Below are positions 1-6,604 of a stretch of DNA of 32,000 bases, one piece after another. The number at the start of each line of letters is the position of its first letter. Positions within the stretch are counted from its first letter, which is position 1. Location: assembly GCA_963704755.1 (NCBI GenBank), contig OY969938.1, forward strand, positions 3,990,001 through 4,022,000, written 5' to 3'. The notes beneath the pieces are model-generated. The model was not told where the DNA came from. It did no database searches and was given only the letters and a program-made list of their open reading frames with translations. The DNA comes from an uncultured Chloroflexia bacterium (lineage in GTDB: Bacteria; Chloroflexota; Anaerolineae; Anaerolineales; Anaerolineaceae). A program made the translations under genes and the position numbers.

Positions 1-1168
1 GCTCCCAGGTCAGGTCCAGGTCATCGCGGCCGAAGTGGCCGTAATTGCAGACCTTCTGGTAGATCGGTTTGCGCAGGTCCAGGTCGCGGATGATGGCGCC
101 TGGGCGCAGGTCGAAGCAGCGGGTGATTAGATCGGCGATCTCTTCGTCGGGGATGACGCCTGTGCCGAAGGTCTCGACGTTGACGCTCAACGGGTGAGAT
201 ACACCGATAGCGTAGGCCACCTGGATCTCGATCCGTTCTGCCAGGCCGGCAGCCACGATATTCTTGGCCACCCAGCGGGCAGCGTAAGCAGCCGAGCGGT
301 CCACCTTTGTGGGATCTTTGCCGGAGAATGCGCCGCCGCCATGACGACCCATCCCGCCGTAGGTATCCACGATGATCTTGCGCCCGGTTACACCGGAGTC
401 GCCCATTGGGCCACCAATAACAAAGCGGCCGGTCGGGTTGACGAAGATCTTCAGGTTCTCGTCCACCATTTCGGGAGGCAGGACCGGCATGATGACCTGC
501 TCGATGACACCCTTGCGAATGTCTTCCTGAGATACGTCTGGGGAATGCTGGGTGCTGATCAGTACGGTATCGACGCGGTAGGGTTTGCCGTAGCGATATT
601 CGATGGTCACCTGCGATTTGCCATCCGGGCGCAGCCAGGGCAGCGTGCCGGCTTTGCGCACCTCGGCCAGCTTGCGGGTGAGCTTGTGGGCCAGGTAGAT
701 GGGCATAGGCATCAGTGTGGGGGTTTCATTGCAGGCAAAGCCGAACATCATTCCCTGGTCACCGGCGCCGACAGATTCGATCTCTTGCTCGGTCATCTCG
801 CCGAATTTGGCTTCCAGAGCTTTATCGACGCCCATGGCGATATCGCCGGACTGTTTGCAAATGGCCACCTGCACGGCGCAGGTCGTGCCATCGAAACCTT
901 TGTCACTGCTGTCGTAGCCAATCCCATTGACCACCTTGCGCACCAGTTCGTCGAAATTGATCTGGGCACGGGTGGTGATTTCGCCCAATACCATTACAAA
1001 ACCGGTTTTGGTTGCAGTCTCGCAAGCTACCCGCGAATACGGGTCTTGTGCAAGGCAGGCATCCAGTACCGCATCGCTAACCTGATCGCACAACTTGTCG
1101 GGGTGGCCCTCGGTTACCGATTCGGAAGTGAACAGGTAACGGGCCGAGTTCATGAAGGAATTAGTCAT
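1..1168 (-). CDS. metK: S-adenosylmethionine synthetase (start complete; C-terminal end runs off window edge)
   Basis: Reverse-strand ATG at 1168-1166, 11 nt downstream of AGGAGG. Translation begins [38 protein letters not shown] and reads ...[29 protein letters not shown] at the window edge, both hallmark MetK stretches. It is missing from the ORF track because no stop lies in the window. The + ORF 194..1366 is its antisense shadow. Confidence 0.95.
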   Translation of the reverse strand, partial: MTNSFMNSARYLFTSESVTEGHPDKLCDQVSDAVLDACLAQDPYSRVACETATKTGFVMVLGEITTRAQINFDELVRKVVNGIGYDSSDKGFDGTTCAVQVAICKQSGDIAMGVDKALEAKFGEMTEQEIESVGAGDQGMMFGFACNETPTLMPMPIYLAHKLTRKLAEVRKAGTLPWLRPDGKSQVTIEYRYGKPYRVDTVLISTQHSPDVSQEDIRKGVIEQVIMPVLPPEMVDENLKIFVNPTGRFVIGGPMGDSGVTGRKIIVDTYGGMGRHGGGAFSGKDPTKVDRSAAYAARWVAKNIVAAGLAERIEIQVAYAIGVSHPLSVNVETFGTGVIPDEEIADLITRCFDLRPGAIIRDLDLRKPIYQKVCNYGHFGRDDLDLTWE

Positions 1169-1190
1169 TGTAGTATTGACCTCCTGTGGA

Positions 1191-1372
<182 letters not shown>

Positions 1373-1404
1373 CTTTCGGGGCTGCTATTGAATTGTCGTT
1401 TCGT

Positions 1405-1433
1405 ATGGTATCACAGGAAAAGGCGGATGTCAA
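1405..1433 (-). promoter_or_regulatory. Putative sigma70-type metK promoter
   Basis: The reverse strand has TTGACA (1433-1428), a 17-nt spacer and TACCAT (1410-1405), about 30 nt upstream of the riboswitch P1. Confidence 0.4.
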
Positions 1434-1484
1434 ATAAGAAATAAATGAGGGTGTTGAAAATGTCACTTTTCATCTTCCAGATTT

Positions 1485-1529
1485 GGATATATGTGGCGGG
1501 GCGGCGAAGCCGCCCCGCCACATATATCC
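1485..1529. repeat. Perfect 21-bp-stem hairpin with a 3-nt loop (inverted repeat)
   Basis: GGATATATGTGGCGGGGCGGC-GAA-GCCGCCCCGCCACATATATCC; every stem position pairs. It lies between the metK promoter and the tRNA-like fragments. There is no clean U-tract on either strand. Confidence 0.6.
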
Positions 1530-1624
1530 TAAAAATTTTTATATGAGGGCGTTTTTCAACACTCTCAAAAAATTGAGGTGGTTGAAAAGCTCACTTGTTG
1601 ACAAAAGGTTAGAAGATATGGGGT

Positions 1625-1643
1625 GGCTCGAACCTCCGAACCT
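1625..1643 (-). repeat. Direct repeat copy A of a tRNA T-arm-like 19-mer (GGCTCGAACCTCCGAACCT)
   Basis: Identical 19-mer recurs at 1705-1723, 80 bp away. The reverse complement contains GGTTCGAGCC, a T-loop signature, but copy A lacks a pairing T-stem and acceptor strand. Confidence 0.6.
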
Positions 1644-1692
1644 TCATGACCCCCTCAATGGGGGCTCGGATGTGACTTCTTGCCTTACTTTG

Positions 1693-1733
1693 TGGGCGCG
1701 AGAGGGCTCGAACCTCCGAACCTCACGGCCATA
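1693..1733 (-). other. tRNA 3'-half fragment (T-arm plus acceptor 3' strand) containing repeat copy B; putative att site
   Basis: The reverse strand reads ...GGAGG-TTCGAGC-CCTCT-CGCGCCC-A: a valid T-arm and a 7-nt acceptor strand plus discriminator. No complementary GGGCGCG 5' acceptor or D-arm lies upstream, so the tRNA is truncated. It sits about 170 bp from the excisionase/integrase pair. Confidence 0.55.
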
Positions 1734-1775
1734 AGGAAAGAGCCGGATTTTGCCACAGTTTTTATTACATTTTTG

Positions 1776-1792
1776 TTCTATCGTGATAGAAT
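1776..1792 (+). promoter_or_regulatory. Palindromic operator-like site overlapping a -10-like TAGAAT upstream of the xis-like/int operon
   Basis: TTCTATC-GT-GATAGAA dyad (1776-1791). TAGAAT is at 1787-1792, with TTACAT about 17 nt upstream. Confidence 0.35.
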
Positions 1793-1899
1793 AGCGGTAC
1801 GGTTGCCAGGCCGTAATTGATGAACCGAATCACACGCATGATCGGTGCTTTTTATTTAATTTGCGGCCGGCAGTCGAATCTTTTTTTAGGAGGTGCGGC

Positions 1900-2316
1900 G
1901 TGCCAGCGCCACGACTTTCACGCGGAAAGGTCATCAAACTTGATCGTCTATTGAATATGCTTTACAAACCGGGGGAAATCGCGGAAGAATTAGGCGTTTC
2001 CGTGGAAACGGTATACCGGTCATATATTCCGGCCGGGGCGCCTGTGATCCGGGAAGCCGGGATCATCTGGATCAATGGGGAAGCATTTCGCAAGTGGGCT
2101 GCAGACACAATCGCTACAACCCGCAGGGGAAAAATCAAACGGGAAATGACCGCAGGCCAGGGGTACTGTGTGCATTGCAACCAGGTAGTGGACATGATGG
2201 AGATTCGAATCAGGCCGCATTCCAAGAGGACCACGGTGGTCCAGGTTTCCGGCCGGTGCCCGACTTGCGGCGGGAAGGTCAACCGCCTGGCGAGAAAGGC
2301 GGATCTTCAGCAATGA
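1900..2316 (+). CDS. Excisionase-like HTH DNA-binding protein with C-terminal CxxC...CxxC zinc ribbon
   Basis: GTG at 1900, 6 nt after AGGAGG. Contains YKPGEIAEELGVSVETVYRSYIPAG (excisionase/MerR-type HTH) and CVHCNQ...CPTCGG. Its stop overlaps the integrase start (ATGA at 2313-2316). Confidence 0.7.
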   Translation: MPAPRLSRGKVIKLDRLLNMLYKPGEIAEELGVSVETVYRSYIPAGAPVIREAGIIWINGEAFRKWAADTIATTRRGKIKREMTAGQGYCVHCNQVVDMMEIRIRPHSKRTTVVQVSGRCPTCGGKVNRLARKADLQQ

Positions 2317-3296
2317 TCAACCGTCAAAACTGGCTGGACATCAAAGCTTTCTTGAAATTTCAGAAGGAGGTCAAGCAGGTGCATCCGTTGAGCGCTCAGG
2401 CGCAATGGTCGCGGTTACGGCACTTGCTCGAATGGGCGGAGGATAAACCTTTTGGAAAAGTTGCCAAAATTCGCCCTACCTTCCCAGCCTTTGCAGAGGC
2501 TCTGGTCAATGAGCAAGAAAATTTGCTATCAGCTTCGAGCTTGAATGCAATTTTCAAAACCAGCCGGACCTTTTTCAACTGGGCGCAAGAGGAATACCCG
2601 AGCAGATATAAAGCAATCGATCAAAGCTGGGTGCAAAGCCTGAGGCCATCGCGCGGAAGAAGCGAGAACGCAGAATTGCACACCAGAAAGTTGTACACGT
2701 TGAACGATGTACTGAAATTGATCGCCGTACCTGCTGAAACTGTAGCCCAACGCCGGCTCAGGGCGGCAGTGGCCTTCCTTTTCCTTTCAGGCATGAGAAT
2801 CGGTGCATTCGTGACGCTGCCGATCAAATGCGTCGACATCGGCGGCCGCCAGGTGGTCCAGGCTCCGGCCCTGGGCGTGCATACCAAAAATAGCAAAGCT
2901 GCGGTGACCTACTTGCTGAACATTCCACAGCTTTTAGAAGTGGTCAAAGAATGGGACAAAGAAGTTCGAGCTGCGCTTCCGGAGGACGCCTATTGGTACG
3001 CTCACCTGGACCAATTCGGTGAATTGACGGCCGAAAAGCCAAACGGAAACCGGGATAACGTGAGACACGACTTCCGCGACGAGCTGGTAGAAATGTGCCA
3101 GATGGCAGACGTCGAATACCTCTCCCCCCACAAGCTCCGGCATGGGTTTGCCGTGTACGCGCTGAAACGGGCCAAAACGCCGGCACAGATGAAGGCGGTG
3201 AGCCAGAACCTGATGCACTCAAACATTGGGATTACAGACGAGATTTACGCGAAACTGGTCAACGACGACGTGAGGGATTTGATCGGGGGATTGTGA
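2313..3296 (+). CDS. int: Tyrosine recombinase / phage-type integrase (island integrase 1)
   Basis: Begins MINRQNWLDIKAFL. Catalytic signature LSGMRIGAF (R), HKLRHGF (HxxR), LMHSNIGITDEIY (H...Y). The track ORF 2094..3296 is an upstream out-of-context extension. Confidence 0.9.
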   Translation: MINRQNWLDIKAFLKFQKEVKQVHPLSAQAQWSRLRHLLEWAEDKPFGKVAKIRPTFPAFAEALVNEQENLLSASSLNAIFKTSRTFFNWAQEEYPSRYKAIDQSWVQSLRPSRGRSENAELHTRKLYTLNDVLKLIAVPAETVAQRRLRAAVAFLFLSGMRIGAFVTLPIKCVDIGGRQVVQAPALGVHTKNSKAAVTYLLNIPQLLEVVKEWDKEVRAALPEDAYWYAHLDQFGELTAEKPNGNRDNVRHDFRDELVEMCQMADVEYLSPHKLRHGFAVYALKRAKTPAQMKAVSQNLMHSNIGITDEIYAKLVNDDVRDLIGGL

Positions 3297-3297
3297 C

Positions 3298-3339
3298 TAT
3301 AAAAAAGAGCCAATCTAAAACAGATTGGCTCTTTTTTTC
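3298..3339. terminator. Bidirectional intrinsic terminator after int
   Basis: 11-bp stem AGAGCCAATCT / AGATTGGCTCT with a 5-nt loop, flanked by an A-run (3298-3305) and a T-run (3333-3339). Confidence 0.75.
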
Positions 3340-3718
3340 TAAACACGAATGAGGGATGCAAGTAATTCAATGGCTAACAAGTCCAATATTCCACTTGAAG
3401 TTAGGTTGCCTGTTAGAGTTCGGCTAACTAGCCACCCAACAAGTAAAACTCGTCTAATCCAAATGAATGTTGCCCTTCGCTGGGTGTCTTCCCCTTCGTA
3501 AAAGTAATCGATACGCACATAGGCTGTTATACGCAATTTTCGAATTGAAGATCGAATTTTCAAAGTGCACCTTCCCACGGAGAGAGAAGAAAATAGTCGT
3601 ATTCATTTTTATTCTCCGGACATTGGTAGATGCACCAGCCTAAGGAGTCACGTCCAAACTCACTCTCACTGCGTCCTCTTAAAGTGCGTATAATACAAGA
3701 ACAAGTTGTGAGGACGTC
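3339..3718 (-). pseudogene. Frame-split paralog of the 111-aa ORF at 4389..4724
   Basis: The C-terminal part (ORF 3339..3578) ends ...VGWLVSRTLTGNLTSSGILDLLAIELLASL, versus ...LGWLCGRMISGELNPKEIVDLLAIELLGKL in the paralog. The N-terminal homology (EFGRDSLGWCIYQ vs DETHLGWCSNH) is in another frame and stops at 3560-3562. Confidence 0.45.
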
Positions 3719-4092
3719 CGATCCTGTTCTGCACCAATTTTTTGCATCGGTTTGTTACATATTGGTATCGGTGCTATAGAAACTAACCTAGCCTTACTTT
3801 GTTTCTCCTTTCTCTATGACCTCATCAAAATTATCATTAACTAATATTGAATACTGGCCTCACTGCTTAATGTTCTCTCTCACATTTGAATTTGCAGTGA
3901 TTTTTTTATTATTACATATTTTATAGATATATTCAACAAAAGTGCGAAAAGACCCCCGAATATTATATTTTTCAATTCTTTCGCTTAGAAATTCATTAGT
4001 AAAGCCCCATTCAAATTATCTATTTACAACGCGAAAAATAAAATTTCCGCATTGGAGATTACATGGAAACTAAAAACCATATAATTCTCTAG

Positions 4093-4344
4093 ATCATAAA
4101 AAAGAACTTGCGCTTAATTACATAGAAAATTTGATAATCAACCGTTTTAAGATAAACACGAAAAATATTTCACCACAAAAATTACAGCATGGTGATCCTG
4201 TTTGCGCTTTAAGTCAGGCTCTATCTCCAGTAAAAGTAACAATCCTCAGTAAAAAATCTGATGCACTCAACCTTTGACATTATGGACAAGATTCACGCTA
4301 AACTGGTCAACGACGACGTGAGGGATTTGATCGGGGGATTGTGA
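4093..4344 (+). pseudogene. Decayed AT-rich integrase remnant (3' third), frameshifted, catalytic residues lost
   Basis: 4170-4257 translates SPQKLQHGDPVCALSQALSPVKV, versus int1 SPHKLRHGFAVYALKRAKTPAQM. After a +1 frame change, 4258-4344 gives LMHSTFDIMDKIHAKLVNDDVRDLIGGL*, versus int1 LMHSNIGITDEIYAKLVNDDVRDLIGGL*. There are in-frame stops upstream. The last 45 nt are identical to 3252-3296. Confidence 0.7.
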
Positions 4345-4355
4345 ATAATAAACGT

Positions 4356-4390
4356 TAGAGGCTGCCCATTTAGGCAGCCTCTAGTTTTCT
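4356..4390. terminator. Intrinsic terminator hairpin after the integrase remnant
   Basis: 11-bp stem TAGAGGCTGCC / GGCAGCCTCTA with a 6-nt loop, then GTTTTCT. It abuts the stop of the reverse-strand ORF 4389..4724. Confidence 0.65.
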
Positions 4391-4724
4391 AAAAGTCAAA
4401 CAGTTTTCCAAGCAGCTCGATGGCCAGCAAATCAACAATTTCCTTTGGATTCAATTCTCCGGAAATCATTCGTCCGCACAACCATCCAAGAATTGCAGCT
4501 ATCTTGAGCCACTTGGCCACTTTTCCGACTTGAGCTTTGTTATTGAGGTAATACTGATGGGCTCTTGTAAAGGCTGTTTTTAGAACCTCCGAAAAGTGGT
4601 TACGGAAGTTCTCGATGCATCCAACCAGGTAGTAAATAATTGTGGACACTTCATGTCCGGTACGATGGTTGCTGCACCAGCCTAAATGAGTCTCGTCCAC
4701 AACCCATTCTCGCCGTACCCCCAA
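4389..4724 (-). CDS. Hypothetical protein (111 aa), paralog of the split copy at 3339..3718
   Basis: Open frame in an AT-rich region with a conserved paralog. The start is uncertain (TTG 4724 or an internal GTG) and no strong RBS is visible. Confidence 0.5.
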   Translation of the reverse strand: MGVRREWVVDETHLGWCSNHRTGHEVSTIIYYLVGCIENFRNHFSEVLKTAFTRAHQYYLNNKAQVGKVAKWLKIAAILGWLCGRMISGELNPKEIVDLLAIELLGKLFDF

Positions 4725-5061
4725 AACCGGTGCAACCAGCTAAACACAACGGTTAGGAGATACTCCGCGCCGTTGGGTAGCCAGTTATCGGACTGGGCTC
4801 GAACGGTCAGCGGTGAGCTGGACAAAACATCATTCACCTGCATTACAAATCATTTAGCTTTTTGCGATATTCCTCCTTCCTTTTTGGTGAGGTAGCCTTA
4901 GCTACTCTCGGTGATTAAAAATATTTCTGCCATAGTGGCTCAAATATATTATTACCACTTTGATCAATTAATTCAATAATACTTAATGATTAATTGGTCG
5001 TAAATATTTTGAATTTTTGGTATACAATAATAGAAATTATGTTCTTGCTGACGAGGTTCTC

Positions 5062-5841
5062 ATGGAAGCTAACAACGACATCCAAATCTGGCAGGGGGAT
5101 TGTTTTGAATTGATGCAGCGGATCCCAGACCACACGGTGGACGCGATTATCACCGACCCGCCCTACGGCACCACCGCCCTGCCCTGGGACAAGAAGCTGG
5201 ACCTGGACGCCTGGTGGACGGAGGCCAAACGGGTAATCAAAATAAACGGGATCATCGCCATGTTTTCGGCCCAGCCGTTTACGACCGACCTGATCAATTC
5301 GAACCGCAAGTGGTTTCGCTACGAGCTGATCTGGAAGAAGTCGATGGCAGCCGGCTTTCTAGACGCCAACCAGCGACCGATGCGCATCCACGAGAACATC
5401 GTGATCTTTTCGCAATACTTCCGGCGCTCGAACGACGGCAAACGGGCTGCTACTACCTACAACCCGCAGTTTACCCTGGGCCGGCCCTACAAGCAGAGCG
5501 GCGGGGCCATGAGATCCAAACATTACAACTGGAAGGGAGAATTACCCGCGAAAGAGAATGATGGGCGGCGTTACCCGGTGGACGTACTGGATTTTCCCAA
5601 CGGGAACCACAATTCGCTGCACCCGACGCAAAAGCCCTTAGAACTGGTGAGCTGGCTGGTGCTGACCTACACCCAGCCGGGTGAGCTGGTGCTGGACCCC
5701 TTCGCCGGCTCCGGAACGACGCTGGCAGCCTGCCGGCAAGCGGGCCGGCGCTGTATAGGCATGGAACGGATGCCCGATTACGTTACAACCATCGAAAGAC
5801 GATTGAGTGAAATCGCTCCTGCACCAACAAAGTCGACATAA
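5062..5841 (+). CDS. Beta-class DNA methyltransferase (DPPY, probably N6-adenine), no cognate nuclease evident
   Basis: ATG at 5062 (MEANNDIQIWQGDCFELM). Motif IV is IITDPPYGT, upstream of motif I LDPFAGSGTTLAACRQAGRRCIGME. The gene is GC-rich and flanked by AT-rich DNA. Confidence 0.9.
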   Translation: MEANNDIQIWQGDCFELMQRIPDHTVDAIITDPPYGTTALPWDKKLDLDAWWTEAKRVIKINGIIAMFSAQPFTTDLINSNRKWFRYELIWKKSMAAGFLDANQRPMRIHENIVIFSQYFRRSNDGKRAATTYNPQFTLGRPYKQSGGAMRSKHYNWKGELPAKENDGRRYPVDVLDFPNGNHNSLHPTQKPLELVSWLVLTYTQPGELVLDPFAGSGTTLAACRQAGRRCIGMERMPDYVTTIERRLSEIAPAPTKST

Positions 5842-5851
5842 GAGCTGCTAA

Positions 5852-6604
5852 TTATTTTTCTTCATCAAGCGAGGCCAAATTACCCCGAACAATTTTTATA
5901 TTGGGGTGGTCAGCAGGCAAGAATTTCACAAGGATCTTCAGCGCCCGCTCGTAGCTGGCTTTGGCGCCGGCCAGATCCCCCAGGGCTTGCAGCACACTCC
6001 CCAGGTTGTTGACATCCCCGGCGACATCCGGATGATCCGGCCCATAGACCGCTTCGTCGATCTTCAGCGCCCGCGCGAAGCTGGCTCTGGCGCCGGCCAG
6101 ATCCCCCAGGGCTCGCAGCACAGCCCCCAGATTGTTGACGCCCCCGGCCACCCGCGGATGATCCGGCCCATAGACCGTTTCGAAGATCTTCAGCGCCCGC
6201 TCGTAGCTAACTCTGGCGCCAGCCAGATCCCCCAGGGCTTGCAGCACACTCCCCAGGTTGTTGACGGTAGTAGCAACTTTCGGATGCTCCGGCCCATAGA
6301 CCGCTTCGACGATCTTCAGCGCCCGCTCATAGCAGGTTCTGGCGCCGGCCAGATCCCCCAGGTCTCGCAGCACACCCCCCAAGTTGTTGACATCTGTAGC
6401 CACCTCCGGATGATCCGGACCATAGACCGCTTCGTCGATCTTCAGCGCCCGCTCGTAGCTGGCCCTGGCGCCGGCCAGATCCCCCAGGGCTCGCAGCACA
6501 CCCCCCAGGTTGTTTACACGAATGGCGACCTGCGGATGATCCGGCCCATAGACCGCTTCGTCGATCTTCAGCGCACGCTCGAAGGCAGATTTGGCTAAAT
6601 CGTA
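5852..6604 (-). repeat. 126-bp tandem coding repeats (about 6 units) encoding the TPR array
   Basis: Near-identical 126-nt units are visible directly, e.g. the recurring GATCTTCAGCGCCCGCTCGTAGCTGG...CCGGCCAGATCCCCCAGGGC. Confidence 0.9.

Noticed and set aside
1618-1700. Full-length reverse-strand tRNA or tmRNA 3' end around repeat copy A
   Set aside because: The T-stem would need an A-A mismatch and a 6-nt loop. The candidate anticodon loop CATTGAG lacks U33, and no complementary acceptor 5' strand exists.
2094-2312. N-terminal extension of the integrase ORF (track ORF 2094..3296)
   Set aside because: The extension overlaps the excisionase-like gene in another frame and is Gly/Arg/Pro-rich nonsense. 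ATG 2313 overlaps the upstream stop (ATGA) and gives a normal-length integrase.
4795-4806. GGGCTCGAAC match to the att-like 19-mer
   Set aside because: Only 10 nt match and then the sequences diverge. The flanks do not form a T-arm. This is compatible with chance.
5906-6598. 230-aa + strand ORF with its own internal repeats
   Set aside because: It is the antisense image of the TPR repeat array. Its periodicity is inherited from the 126-bp coding repeats on the other strand.
5852-6604. Possible CRISPR array, suggested by regular repeats
   Set aside because: The units are 126 bp and contiguous with no unique spacers, and they lie in frame within a long ORF encoding TPR motifs.
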